A DNA stretch of 63,891 bases, filler included, from Vezdaea acicularis (lineage: Eukaryota): the NCBI GenBank assembly GCA_026025075.1. It is 3 parts of 3 records of this genome, joined end to end, with 100 filler letters (N's around TTAATTAATTAA, not from the genome) between each part and the next. Parts side by side here need not be neighbours in the genome. Positions count along the whole stretch, not along the records: positions 1 to 21,763 come from JAPEUI010000190.1; 2 more parts are not named here. One strand, given 5' to 3'. Every line of letters begins with the position of its first letter. Position 1 is the first letter of the stretch. The notes below the pieces were generated by a model that saw only the letters and a list, made by a program, of their open reading frames with translations, was not told the origin of the DNA and did not search any database. The position numbers and the translations under genes are program-made. This document shows, piece by piece, positions 1 through 14,161 of the stretch.

Positions 1-2767
1 GAGCGAGGGGTGGGCAGGAAGGGGGAGGAGCGAGGGGGGTCCGGCCGCCGGTCGTGGAAGCAGCAGCTGCGGGCTGCGGGCGGCGGGCAGGCGCGAGAGT
101 GGAGGTTAGTGCCGATTGCGCCGACGAGGGGGGAGAGGCCAAGCGACGAGGGCAGGGCATGAGGCAGGCGCGGGCAGGCGAGGGCTGGTGGGCACGCCGT
201 CGCAGCGATCCAATCCACACCGCGCGCCCAGCAACTCCACCCTCCGTCTCGCCCGCCAACCTGGCGAGATGCGCGATCCGAATGGCGAATGCATGCGAGC
301 AGAAGGGGAGAAAAAGGCACACCACTCAGAGCGACGCGCCGCATCGCAGCTTCACCGGCTCGCGGCGACGGCTCGTAGGGCGAAGGGCGGGAGCGGTCGC
401 AGAGACGCCGGAGTAGAAGCGACGCGAGGGGGAGGGAGACGCAACAGGAAAAAGGAGACGGCGAAAAGCGCGAGGACGGACGAGCGTGAGGATCGACAAC
501 GCAAGGGAGAGGGCGCATCTGATCCGCCTTTTTGCCCCTCCATGCCCCCCCCACCATACCGTACGGACGAGCACGATCGTAGTGGCCCCCATCTCAAGAC
601 AGGTACGAGGAAGGTCATAAAAGTAAGCAGCGGAGCCGTCGTTGGAGCCAGGACCACCAGGCGACGAGTGCTCCAGTCCTTGAAACCTGCTGAACCGTGG
701 GCGAGAGCAAGAAGCGGGGGCCAACTCGGCCGGTGTCTCTTATCACGCCCGGCCGAAGCGCCATCTCCCTCTCCCTCGTACTTGGGGAGTGATGCTGACT
801 GTCGCAACTCGCGAGCAACGGCATAGCGGATGCGGTGGACTTATCAAAAGGCCGCTCGCTACGCTCCACGGCGGCGATACGAAGCCTCCACCGGATCCCT
901 CGCAGTGTCCGGGTCGAAGGGAACGACACAGTCAGCAACAGGTACGCCATCTGCCTCGCGGCTGGTGCCTGTAAGATGTCTTCTTCCTTCCCGCAAAGGT
1001 TCTCTCATCGGCCATCCATGTTCGGGATGGTTCAGGACGAGCTTTGTCTCCTCTGACACACTCCACCCACGCTCCACCCGACGGTCGTTGCGCGAGCGGT
1101 GAGGCATCGGCCCTTCCTCGAGGTGGGGCGGTGCGATAAAGGAGGGGGACGGGAGTGCGTGGCCCGTGGTGGGGTTGCGACTGTTGCATCCATCGACCAC
1201 ATTTAGCGAAGGCGGTGACGACCCTGTATGGGTGGACGGTGGCGTTGTTACTTGTGACATGTAAGACGAGGACGAAGCAGGTACCTCTTCCCAATAGCGA
1301 GGGGATTCAATATGTTGACGTCGAGAGTCGAGGTTGTGGAGCCGACTAGGGCAAGTTATGGCCCTTTCCTTTATAGTGGAGCTTTTGGAGTTGTGATAAT
1401 GTCCCTTCAAGCCTGTCTAGGGTCAGTCCGAGCTAGGAAAACGCCAACTATCACGACATAGCTGTGGACAGCGGCAACTGTGTGCGAATGGCCACCAAGA
1501 GAAAGAGACACCGTAGGAGAGTGGAGTTTATGGGACAGGAAGAAGGAAAGAGAAAAGAAAGTTGATCATGGTACAGCGTTATGGTCGTGCTTCGGATCGC
1601 TCTAGTACGCAGTGTGGAATTTGTCCGAGTGGGATGTCGCTGGTACGGCTTGGCTAGGGCACGCCCTACGCAAGGGTACCTGACGACCCTGACACATGCG
1701 ACGCTGCAAGTCATTCCATTCACGGCCGGTGCCTGTGCTGGTCGGCTGCTCGTGCGGCCAAGGGCTGCGAGGGGCCGGTCTGGCCAGCGTGCGACGATAG
1801 CCGCGACCATCCGCGGTGCCTCTCACGCCGCTCACGCCTCCCTCCATATCACGATGGCCCCATGCGTGGACCTTGCTCTACCTTCCGAGCTCGAATGCGA
1901 GCACGTCGCATCGGGCTTCCTCCTTCTATCAGCACAAACAAAAGCACTCTCGCCACATCGGATGGCAACCCCATCATCCTTGGGTGCGCTTCGTGGGTAA
2001 AAGACCTCCAACGGGCGTCTGGATGCAGCATTTCCAGCCGGCGGGCAACGAATCAGCGGAGATGGCCGTCATCCCCCCCGCTCTTTGATCGTCGGTCTCG
2101 CTAAACACACGAGTCGGCCTCGCGACGCTCATGCACCACCATCCAGGCTGCAGGCTGCAGTAAGTAAGCTGCCCCCTCCTCACAAGTCAAGCTTCAGGCG
2201 CTGTACGTGGGGACATCGTCGCGGCTCTGGGCTCCGTCGCTGGGCCCGTGCGCTCCTCGCGGCGTCGTTCTTTTCCTTGGGTCGGGGAGCCCTGGCATGC
2301 GAGCGGCTCTACACGGAATCTGCAGAGCTTCCTCAGCATTCATGGTCTGGATCATGGAACACCAGATCAGGCGCTAGATACGCCCTGCAGGGCGCACGTT
2401 CGAGTTCGGACAGCCGCCCCGATACGGGATACATCACTTGATGAGCGTCTCCATTTCTAGCTACCCGGGCTCGACCCCGTATATTGCTCCAAGTTCCAAT
2501 CACGGTCGAGCGGGTTGCGCCTGAGCTTGTGCATACGTACGAACATTGAACACAGAGTCTCGTGCTTTTACACAGGCACAAGCCTTGGCGGGAAAGAGCG
2601 GGTTATTTACAAGTCCTGGAGAGGCCATGTCAGGCCTGATCTGGAGTGGAAGGAAGTGCCCACATTACCCTAATGCGGAAGAAAGCGGGCATGCAAAACC
2701 CATGGGCCGGAATCGAGAGAGTGAAGAAGCTAAGCAGCACGGCCCACCTCCCCATGTGGCACGCTGG

Positions 2768-4252
2768 TTAGCCAAGGTGCGAAAGGGTTCCCTGTGACCT
2801 TTGCAACTCGATATCTGCGTGGGGCTGTCAGATTGGCGGTTACCATGGTGGAGCAACTCCACGACGGGCTTACTGGGATTCTTGAGGATCTCTCCACTCT
2901 GGGCAGGAAGCAGGGCGCCCGGAGCAGGCTTGTGCTTGGACTTGAAATCATCACAGATATTGGCCATGGTCACGAACTCAACGCCTTCCTTGGCGCCGAT
3001 GTACTCGATCAGACTACCACAGCGTCAGCATCAACGCAGAACCAGGGCAGGATTCTCACGGGCAGCGGACCGTTCGAGCATTAGAATGGCGTGGGGATGC
3101 CCGGAAACATCGGGGTGGATGGTCACAGGAAAAACAAAGTCGTCATGTTCTCGGTAGAAATAGTCGAAATGATCACGCCACAGGTCTTCCACGTCCCTGG
3201 GGTTGACCCATCCGTGAGAGTTGGCAGCTTTCTTTATGAACATCTAAGGAGCACCTGTTGTCAAGATGACGCAGATCTCTCGGGTTATCATGGGAAGTAC
3301 CACCCACCATGGGAGGCAAATCGTCGAGATACCAATTCGAAGGAATCTCGACTAGGCCTGTTTCAGTGCCCTTTTGCAGCGGTTTCATCCAATGCTTAGC
3401 CTTCTTATCATAGTCAATCTTGGTCCATGAATCCCCAGAACGGAGCCAGTACGGGAGACAATCGTGGTGAGAGAAAGAGTGATCTACCCCGCTTAGTCAA
3501 GTCCGGAGCTGAACGATATCAGGTGGAGCTGACCATATTCAACGCCTACAGAAGTTCAGCAGCTATTCCATTGGATAGGAAGCCTATTGGATAGCAACGG
3601 ACCATATTTAAGGAGAAGCTCTGCGCCTTCCTGAGAGCTCTCCCACCTGACATCATCAGCACACGCTCGGGCGGGCTGCTTGTGGGACCAACCAGGGCGC
3701 TACACTTCCGCGAGGCGGTTTGCCGCAGAACTCTGTTAACATCTTGTATGTGTGGTCAAGGATGTCAGCCTGCTGTTCGACCGTCATGGCGGCTGGGTTC
3801 TCGTGAGAGTATCCATGGAGTCCACTGCAGAGCCCAGCAATCAGCCATGCGTCGTGGCGCCAGCTTACAGCGAGCGCCATGCTCACATCTCATGGCCCGC
3901 ATCGCGAATCATGGCACACTCCTCTGGGAAGGACTCTAGAGAGTGCCCAGGGATGAACCATGTTGTCGTGATCTTGTACTTCTCGAAAAGCTTAAGCAGT
4001 CTTCTCACGCCTACGGTGCCAGCGAAAATCCCTTACGCGGTGTCAGCTGTCCCGCATTGTGCAACATTGCCGTCGCCCCGAACGTACCCCGAGATATATC
4101 GCTCGTGGAGTCTTCCCCTCCATACGATCCGAGCCAACCAGCAACGGCATCAATGTCGACCGAGAAGCAAACCAGAGCACCTGAAAGGTATCAGCTGCGG
4201 CAATCTTCAACGGAGGCGTCGAAGACCCACGTTTCTTTACTGTGGAAGCCAT
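2768..4252 (-). CDS. Polysaccharide deacetylase (CE4, HP0310/PgdA-like fungal family), multi-exon
   Basis: Manual splicing gives [39 protein letters not shown]...[10 protein letters not shown]...[10 protein letters not shown]...[16 protein letters not shown]...[22 protein letters not shown]...[10 protein letters not shown], with the D-I-D and H-x-x-x-H metal motifs. Stop TAA at 2768-2770. Confidence 0.9.
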
Positions 4253-5121
4253 CATGTGAGCCTTGTAGACGCTTTCCAAGATTCAATGAGAGGGCGTTCA
4301 ATATGTGGACGCGGTGTTTGCTGGCTGGGACGAGGCATCATCGCTGCAGTGACGTTATCTTCTATCGATTGCTACTATGCTGGGGTACTAATTCGCGTTA
4401 TCCGCGATAAGTATTCGGCTGCGCGATAGCTCCTGCACCTTGGATCCCTGCGGCCGGGCGGATGCGTGCCGATCCTTACCCGTGCCTGTCGATGTCAACG
4501 TTAACGTTTTGTGGCAAAACCATTCTGAAAAACTTAAGCACCGTCGAGGGGGTGAGATTTGTTGGATCGATTCCTAGAAATCCTGTTGGCTCTCTTCAAT
4601 TCAATCCTCGGCTCGGGTTGAGAACCAATCGCTAGATTCAGGGCGACTCTCGCCCTGTCCGAAGGCGAGATCTCAGACATAAGGTCTTATGCCATTCGCG
4701 TCTTGAAAGGGGCGCTCATGCACGATGGACGTGGCGTGCGCAGAATGAAGCTCACCCAAAACCGCCGTCCAAAAGCGTCACGCTTCGACGCTCTTGATTG
4801 ATTGCCCGAATTGACTCGTCAGGTAGCGAACCGTTAGGTACCATGCGAAGCCTGACACCTGGCAGATGGTGGCTGTCTCGAGATCCAGTAAGCCCCCGGG
4901 TCTAGAATTATTTGCCTGGAATTGCTACTGGAAGAGCTGGGGTCGCGTGAGATGTGGCAAGGATATATATATGCACAGACTGTTTCCTTTTTCTTGTCTA
5001 CGATTATTCAAATATCATTGCCGTTCTCTCTTCTCGTTGTATAGTCCGTCCGTGGTCAACGTCGAAGCTATTCGATACTTGCCTTCTATTCTTTGTCCCA
5101 TAGTATCTGTTTGCCCCGCAG

Positions 5122-6805
5122 ATGCCACAGCCTCCTATCACACTTACTGTTTCTCATCTACCAAGAAGCACCTCGTTTTACGCATCAGCTCTTCAGCCTC
5201 TGAGCTATCGTTATAGTGGGGTATCGGATACTAGTGTCTGCTTTGCTGCGTCTGACACCACTGAGATATTCCTCACTCAAGCAGATCCTGGGTACTTCTC
5301 TCTCGTCTCGCTCGTCTTCTGTACTATAAATTCTGACAGCGTTCACTCGCAGAGAATTGATCAAGAAGACTCATTTGACACTTCGCACACTCGAACTGCG
5401 TCAGATATCAGACTTTCAGTCTGCTGCTCTCCTAGCGGGAGGTGTACCTTATAACGCTCTCCCTTCTCAAGACCCAACCTCACCAAACGAAGCTGCAAAT
5501 ATCAGCGACCTTGACGGAAACATAATAACCGTCACCATGTCGCAGCATCATTCCAACTCCGACTCATCTTCTGTGCTCTCATGGCAACGCGACGTTGCCC
5601 GCTCTGCCGTTGCACCTTTCCCTAACCCTCCATCTAACTACGCTCCATCTCACTACTCCCAATCCCAAAATGCGCCCAGTCCCCGATATGTCCAAGTCCC
5701 TCCTCCACCGCAACCACAGATAACAATCCAGCCTGCTACCATCATAGAAGACCTAGGCATGGGCAGCTCGAAGGCCTTTGTTGGCACTCTCCTCGGCGCT
5801 GCCGCCGGCGCTACAATCGCCTACGCCATGACCAAAGCCGAAGCTCTGGACGAAGCCGCTGCCCGGCCTCCTCCAGCACCGCAAGTGACCTATAACATCA
5901 GTGGCGGGAACAGTGCACGCTCCCAGCAGAGCCAACCCTCTCCATACGACCAGCAACCCCCTCAGATGCGCGCAATCGCCCCAGCGCCGACCGCTGCAAG
6001 TACCATTTCAAACCTTATCTCGAGCATCCACATCAGCTCGCCACCAGTACCCCAACCGCGCCTGCTAGAAACCGCACCCGAACCTGCACCATCATACATG
6101 TACGAAGTCTCTGAGGCTGGCTCGCGCCCTTCCATGAGACAAGCGCCACGCGGCATCGAGTACGCAGAGTATGCAACCGTGCCCCTTCCCGCATCGGCAA
6201 GCACCGTCTACTCCTCGAAGCACTCATCTAGACATTCCTCCCATCGCGATGCCGAGTACAGCGACTACGCCACCGTCCCCCTCCCGGCCTCAGCGAGCAC
6301 CGTCTACTCCTCGAAGCATTCATCTAGACACTCCTCTCCCCGCGACGCCGAATACAGCGACTACGCCACCGTCCCCCTCCCAGCCTCGGCGAGCACCGTC
6401 TACTCCTCCGCATCAACAATCAAGCCCTCCTCGCGCCACGACGGGAGCAGACTCGCTGCACCGTCCACCGTCGCCCCCAGCGAGAGCGTGTCGCAAGTCA
6501 GCTCGCGGCACTCCAAGCACTCGAAATCCTCCAAACGCTCCAGCCGCTCGAAGAAAGATGAAGAGTGGGATATTGAAGAGGTCAAGCCGGCCGACAGTGC
6601 GAGTAGTGTTGGTTCTGGCTCTGGCTCCGGGAGAAGGAGAAAGAGCAGTCATATGGGCGGGAGTACGGCGAGTAAGGCGAGCAAATCTAGCAAGGCTAGT
6701 CGTAAGACCGAGAAGGAGTATCAGCCCAGTCCACTCGGGATGTTCGGCGGGTATGCTGGGAGCAGTATCGAGTCGCGTGCCGGGGGCTCCAAGGGGTATG
6801 AGTAG
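5122..6805 (+). CDS. Glyoxalase/VOC-like N-terminal domain protein with a long Ser/Pro-rich C-terminus
   Basis: N-terminus ITLTVSHLPRSTSFYASALQPLSY and later ISDLDGNIITV fit a VOC fold. One intron at about 5292-5352. Hydrophobic GTLLGAAAGATIAYAM segment, then a low-complexity tail. Confidence 0.7.
6158..6409 (+). repeat. Intragenic 96-nt (32-aa) tandem repeat, about 2.6 copies
   Basis: EY(AE/SD)YATVPLPASASTVYSSKHSSRHSS(H/P)RDA units start at 6158, 6254 and 6350. Confidence 0.95.
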
Positions 6806-7337
6806 ATCATGATAACAGCAGCGTTTATACCGCATACCAAGTCTCGTGCATTGGGGCGTCAGGCATAGAGAGAGCATACGCATCTTAGCAGGGAGGGGGG
6901 TTTTCCGAAGACTTCTTATATCACCAGTCACGCATAGCATAATGAATACAACTAATATCTCTCACGTGTTTCAATTTTCCTGCCCTCTGCATAACAGCCG
7001 TGACCAGAAACACAAGCAACTGTCTCAACCGCCACAGGCGGGCGTTCCGGCCATGGTGGTCGAGTTGGGGGTATAATATCTATAGCTCGCGACCCAACAC
7101 GCAAAAGACGTACACAGAAAGGGAATCGTACAGGGACGGGTGGGTGGCGGATGGGGGGCGGCATGACAGCCGTCGATGTGCAAACATGCCAGATGCAAAA
7201 AAACAACACGAGACCCGCGCAGCGCTATGAAGAGGGGATCCACAGAAAACGATAGTACGGGACAACAAGACAAAGAAAGAATGCTCGCAGCCCGGGCCCG
7301 GTCTCCAATCGCTAAAAAGAGGGAAAAGGAGCAAAAA

Positions 7338-10151
7338 TCATTGTTCCACACGAGCCTCACCACGTTGCTCAGCCTTCTCGTTCGTCTCGTCGGCTCCGAC
7401 GCTGCGCTCGCTGCCGCCTTCCTCAACGATGGGCAGGGTAGTTCCCTGCAGGCCGCCGGCGCGCTCGGCGCTGGGGCTGCGGACGGTCTTGATGGTCCGC
7501 TCGGGCGTGTCTTCCTCGGAGCGGCCGTTCCGCTCGGATTTGCGGGCTTGTCGCTCGGCCTTCTCCATGACATTGTCGGGGTTGGCGTGGGCGAGATGGG
7601 CAGGTCCGAGCGTCATGGAGCGCTTCTCCGGAGAAGGCATGTCCAGTCCCGAGCCCAGGGCAGGAGTAGATGCAACGAAACTCGAAGCGGGCATGCTGGT
7701 TGTGATTGGAGTGAGGAGCGAGGCGTGATCCAGTGATAGTGATGGCGCGGGCGGTTGGGCAGCAGCGGCTTCGCGAGACATTGTAATGCCGGTGATGAAT
7801 CTGATGAAACGAGTGCCATAGGCTTCGGGAGGGATCGGCGAGAGCTGTGATTTGGAGTGAAACATGCCTTTCCACAGAGTTTCCGCTTTCTTGACGAAGC
7901 CGTACTATAGCGAGTAAGACCGTTAGCCGTAAACACCCGGCCAATATGAGCAAACGTGCAAAACTTACGTGAGTCAGGCAGTCGATTATCCCGAGATAGT
8001 ATATCTCCTCGCCTGCTCTGTCGTCTTCATGTGTCGCCTGGAAACCTCCTTCATCACTATAGAAAGCGAAGTCTCTGCGTTCCTCTGTCATCTCTGGCAT
8101 TTTCCTTCCAGCCTCGCCCATCGGTACTGGCTTCTCCATTTTGATGATCTGCCTTAGTTCTCTCGCTTTCCTTGCCGTCTCGAGCTTGCTTGGTGTCCTA
8201 GTGAGCATATTCATTGCCGGCTCCTCCACCTGTCGTTCTCCTCCTGGCTGGAAGACACGCAGAGTCTTCCCGCGTAAATTCTCTTCATTACCCTTGCCCA
8301 TGTCATGGATTCCCACAAGGAGACTATAGTCCATAATTTTGAGGCGTTGAAGGAGCTTCACATCGCGTTCCATCTGGGCAATGAACATTTCCTTTTTAGT
8401 CGGACCGAACTCCAAGTGCAAATTTCGTCGCAGCCAATTCAAGTCTTTCAGAGTAGCGCGAGGATTGGCTGCCAGGTCTTCCTCCTTAAAATCTCTGCCA
8501 ATAGTTGAACCTTTCAGATCGAAGGTTTGATGAATATCCCTATGTGGAGGAAACAGGTTATTCATGATGACAAAGTGAATCTTCCTACCATAAGGAATCT
8601 TCACTCTGTGCAACCCGTAAAACTGCGATATGAGAGTGTTGGGGTTGTCTTGGACATGCTGATAGTAGTCACGTAATATCTTACGTAGTAGTTTGTGCTC
8701 GCCGTGGTGGATGGTCTTGATGATGTACTTGTAATCACGGGAGAAGTAGAAGAAGGAGCCGCTCTTTCCAGGGGAGCCGAGCTCCGAGAGGATGTATTTA
8801 GACGTCAGGGACATAAGGTAATCGCCGGGGTCGAGGCGAAAGTGCATTCGCAAGTGCCGGAAGACCCAAGGTGCGTAATCCTTAAACTTGAAGTCGTATT
8901 TGGCAGAGGGAGTCAACTCATTTCCAGTTCTAACATTATCGGCGTTAGAAAAATAACTTATATAGATAGCATTGGTACTCACATATCAAACGAGAATTTA
9001 TGCTTCGCATCAAAGTCCGCATCTGTAAGTTCTCGATCGATCTTTGCGTTCGTCCGCGAGACGCAGAATCGTATTCCAGTCAACATGTTGTACGCCGTCA
9101 CCCAATTCACATGATGTTGGTCAACCTTAATGCCTACAATAACGCGATCGTCATCGTCTTCTTCCTTCCTCCTCCTCCTACTTGCTCTTTTGATCCTAAT
9201 AGCTTCCGTCCATCTCGCTGCGTCTTCATCTTGCGCTACCTCGTCTGCATGCATATCCGAATGTATTGAGCGGGTCGGTCTTCTTCCGAGGGTCATAGAG
9301 GCTCGTCTTCCACCAGAAACAGTTGGGGAAAATCTTCCGCTGGAAGTGGCAATGTCATCTGAGATATTCGATGAATATTCTCTGGACGTCCTTGACGGCT
9401 GAAGTTTGGGCACCTGGAGTGTATGTCGATGCCGAAGTTGTGTCAGACCCGGATGATACGTAGCAGACGACAATGAAGATCCTGATGTGTCAGCTCCTGA
9501 AGGAGAAAGAGCTGGAGGTGACGAGTAGCGATTTGTCGAGTTAGAATGAGAGTGCAATTTAGTCTGAAGATTGCCAGTCTCGAGAGGCTTTGAACACCCG
9601 CTTGACCGTGAAGCGGCTATTGATGAAGTATTTGTTTGTGGATGTGTAGACTCAATCGGGCTCGAGGATTGCATCGTCCCGTCGCCATTGGCCATCGTTG
9701 CAGCTTTAGGACTTGCTTGTCCAGAGGATTCAACGGGGTTCCCATTTTCTATGGGAACGAATATGGGTCCGTCCATCTCCATTGCTTTTCGTGATGCACT
9801 CGACGGTGCAGAACTCCTCCCACCATTCTCTACTGGAGCGCCGCTTGGTGTTGAAGGGGTACTGCCGTCCCTTGATCTCCGCTCACGACTATAGGTGCTT
9901 CCACTTGACCGTCCATTTGGTATCGATTGTAATACATCGGCGTTTGGCGCAACACTGTTTACGCCTTTAGCGCTGCCATTGGTGCTTTCCGTTCCATTGT
10001 AGCTGTTCGGAAGGATATTCGTAGTCCCTTGAGGAGTAGACAACGGTAGAGGACGAAGCTTCTCGGTGGATCTTTGCGAGGAAAAGTTGTAGAAAGGTAT
10101 TGAGGTTGTTCCGCGATCTGCTCCTCGACCCTCATCCTCGAAAGAGGGCAT
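7338..10151 (-). CDS. MSS4: Phosphatidylinositol-4-phosphate 5-kinase
   Basis: [32 protein letters not shown] and GIIDCLT motifs. Introns at about 8927-8980 and 7906-7968. Confidence 0.95.
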
Positions 10152-11567
10152 CTCGAGGGAGTCGCACTGTCCCTATTCGCCGGTAATGACCTACCAATAC
10201 AGCTTGAGCCTTGATATCAGATAAAACTCTGGAGAGCCAGAGGTACCTGACCGGAGCGCCAAGTCCGAGAATCCGCTCAAAGCTTGTTCCTCGAGGCCGG
10301 AAGGCAGATCCGCCAAGAATAGGTTGCGAACATAAGCGGACCGCGTTCGAGTAACCTTGGATGATTGCAGAGGGGTCTCACTGGGAGTTTGGGCGGCGGC
10401 GATGGAGCATTCAGCGCTGATTGTCAAAGTGCAGGTCCCAGCGTCTTGTGTCTTGGTGATGGCGAGCGTCAATCAGCGTCGCTTCATTTAGCCTTAGGTC
10501 GATGTCGGCAATGAGCCTCGATCGCTAGTTTTCGTGGCTCGGGGACGCGTGTCCTCGGACGAACGTGTTCCGAAGAAGTCCTGGTCGTTGTTGTTGTGAT
10601 GGGAGAAAAGGAGGTTTGGGAATGTCAGGCACATGGAGACCTGAGGATTGGTCTCGTCTCGCGATGATCTAGCGGCTGCAATTTGATGGCGGCTTTCTCC
10701 TTGGCTTGGCTTGTGGCCCGCGGTTCTCGTTTGCTTTTTCGCTACGAGCCAGCCCAGCGGGTGTCTGACGTAGCCCTATCCGGTGAAACCACAACCGCTC
10801 TGGCCTGAGATACCGCGCTATATCACCAATGAAACGAGCACGCTGCAGCTACCTCCCAAATCACTTTCATCCTCCTTGCCGACCCGGTATCTGTATTTCA
10901 TATTGGCACTTTGATATCTGAACAAACTCACAATGACGGCGGACTTACTGGGTAGTCATCCCTGCAGCATCGCAAGATTCGTGTTCCGCACTTCGTTGAT
11001 GGGTTGCGACGGATGATGACAGCCTCCTGAGCTAAGAGATAATATCCAAATTCTCTTTGGGAAGAGTCTATGACTGGATGCTTATGCTGTATAAGCATCC
11101 TGTTCCTTTGGAAAATTGACTTAGCCATGCCACTTTGTGCACTGGGCTATGATACTTTCTTGAGGCTGCATGACTCCTGCTTGGTAAGGAGGCACGCCGC
11201 GACTCACGGACTAGCAGTAGTGCTGGGTGAACGAGCATGGTGATCAAAAACAGTCAAAATATCAAAGGGCCGAGCCTGTATACTTTAATGTCTTGTGCGA
11301 AAATGTCTATCATACAGTGTATCCCAGGAAGCTTGGTATCATTGTCCTTCCAGGAGCCCTTGGGATAAAACCGACCCTTCCAAGCCACAACAAACGCGTA
11401 AATAATCGCCACACCCCGCGCACCCTAGCCATAGCAGCGACATCATGGAGCATCCTTTCAGATCATGATGCGAGGAATAGGCAGCAAGAGAAAACTAACA
11501 CCCAAACCGCGCCACGACAAAGGAAATCCGTTAATAACCAGTTCGTACATTAAATCAAGGAAACCGA

Positions 11568-12578
11568 TCATGCCGCAGCGGGCGTGGCGCTGGCAGACTT
11601 CTTCTTCGGTGTTGCCGCTTTCTTGGGAGCGGCCTTCTTAGGTGCTGCTTTCTTTGCCGCAGGCTTTGCGGTAGTTTTCGTGACACGGCCAGACTTGGTC
11701 TTGCCTAGGACTGCTGGCTTCTCAACAACAGCTGGAGCAGCAGCAGTAGGAGTCTTGCGGGGCTTGCTAGCATTCGCCTTTGGCTTAGCCGCAGGCTTCT
11801 TAGGGGCGGCCTTAGTTGGCGCGGCCTTCTTGGGAGCAGCAGGTTTGGCGGCCGGAGGGGCGGCTTTCTTTGGTGCAGCCTTCTACATGCCATCACTTAG
11901 ATACTGGAATCACCGGACTATAGTCTCGACATACCTTTGCGGCGGGCTTAGCAGCTTTTGGTTCCTTCTTCGCGAGCTTCACGGGTCCCGATGGACCCTT
12001 GGGCTGTGTGAAGTCGCCGCTCTCGACGCCAGCCTTGAGCGACCGGTTGAATTGAGAGTCGAAGACGTTGCTGGAGGCAGCAGTGATCTTGTTGTTGGCC
12101 TGAACATATTTCTTGATGGCTTGACGGCTGCAGAAAAAGGAGTTAGCAACAGGACGTAAAGGGAGTTACAGGCAAGCTTCTGCATGACGTAAATACTCCT
12201 GTTTTGAGGACTAACCTGCTACCATTTCGTTCTTTGAGCTGAAGGAAAGAAAGACTCGTCAGCACAAACTATATACGCACACGATCGCGTTTACTGGAGA
12301 GCTTATCCGAGCTCGGTCGGCACTCAATAGCGCTCAACGACGAACTCGGTCGCTCTTAACCAAAAGCAAACGCTTTGCGCCCGACAGAGCAAACTCACGT
12401 TGAGAATAGCTTCCTTGATCATGTCTGGAAGAATGAGTCAGTAACATGATGCGAACAGAACAGGATACATCCGGGAGCCGTGCAGCCAAGGACCAGGCAG
12501 CGAGAACTAACCTTTGTAGGAAGGATGGTTGGCCGGGGCTGCCTTCTTCGGCGCAGGTGCAGCTTTCTTGGGAGGCAT
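11568..12578 (-). CDS. HHO1: Linker histone H1
   Basis: Exons join to [51 protein letters not shown]...FNRSLKAGVESGDFTQPKGPSG, followed by a Lys/Ala/Pro tail. Confidence 0.93.
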
Positions 12579-14161
12579 CTTTGAGCTTTGTTGTTTGGTT
12601 TGATTGAAAGTGCTGAAGATGCGCTTCAATACGAGGTACTATCAAGCTAGGAAGGAGTGGTGCGTCGGGACAGAGGTGTTAGAGGAGCGTTTGTTTGGAT
12701 GGAGGGCTCGCACGCGGGGCACGCCCCAGACTTATATTTGTAGTCGCAGACGAGGAGCGCTACAAGATCACTCGGAGCTCGAATCCAGGATCCGCTAAGC
12801 CTAATGCGCGGCGCGACACAACTGGATCACGACATGCCGCCAATCAGGGGGCCTGCTGACTCCCCGGCTAGCGCTGCTCGCTAGGAGCCCACGAACGGTC
12901 GGAGCCCTCGCTGGGAGCTTTTCGGGGTTTCTGCCACCTCCCACTTTTCATCGATATCACGACCGAGTGAGTGAATTCTGTGCCCTCCCAAAGGCCAGCG
13001 CATGGTGCTGGAGCTGAGGGGCGTATCGAGATGATGGAGGTCTCCTGCTTTGATTCGGCGCTTTTCCTGATTTGCTGCCTGCGCAAATGAATGAGCTATG
13101 CCTCAATATCAGACGGCCGAAAAGGAGATCAAAACAAACTGATCAGAGCGTGGGAAGCTCGAGGGGTCATGAAGTGTATTTCCCGTTCTCCCATTCCACA
13201 GTCCACTTTTATATCTTGCGAACTTGCTCAAGACCGTGGTCTTGACATGAAGCACCTCTGATGTGATTCTGTAAAATTTCTCATAAGGTTCTCACCTCCT
13301 TTGCGCTCGAGGGGCGCAAGTCATCGCTTTCTGTTTTGTCGTAAACTTGAAGCATTTCCCATCATGCGACCGCACTCGCGATAAACCATTCTTGTGGTAG
13401 TCACCACTACCCTGATTTATTTTGTTATGCTAAGCAGCTCAAGACTGGGTCTATGAACTGTCTTGTCAGGTTTTTGAAATTATTTATTCACTTCTGTTGG
13501 TGCAGACGGCTCGATATGAGATGGTGGTCGCCAAGATCGCTGCTGGATCGCAATGTCGCGAAGGTCGCAACGATCCGTCACATATCTTCAAGAGTGTGAT
13601 TTCACGCCAAAGTCTTACTTGTCCTTAATATACAAAGCGTTTTTGGCATTTATAGTTTTCGGAGGTCCCAGGCTTCTCTATTGTCCGGTTAGCATGTTTC
13701 CAACCAGTGCGATGCAGATTAGGCGCTGCTCTCCGGCTGCACCTTCATGACTGGATGTCGCATCGACAATGAGTCAGAGACTACTTATCCGTTACCTCAA
13801 AATCTGTGCAAGGCACCCCGTCCTAAAGGTCATATATTGCGTTGATAGATAGTTTTGTATACCTGCGTTCCCTCCCCCTCTACAGCTCTGATGATCGCGT
13901 TGTGTCATGTTGAACCCAAGCGAGACAAGTTGTGACACATACCCAGGAGCCCCACTTGTGTGGTATCGGTCTCATGGGGGGCACAAACTAGATGGAAGGC
14001 AAGATTTCAATCTGATAAAATCTTTCATACCTTAAATTGAGATCACTAGGCAGCATTCACGATCATCCGGCCTTGAATGTGATATGCGACCGCAGAAACG
14101 CCAGCGAATCCAAACCGCCATGCAACACCAAGACACAAACTTATAGTCGCTACCCGAAGCC

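Noticed and set aside
1..2700. Many overlapping GC-rich ORFs
   Set aside because: No domain motifs; more likely leader/promoter DNA of a gene outside the window.
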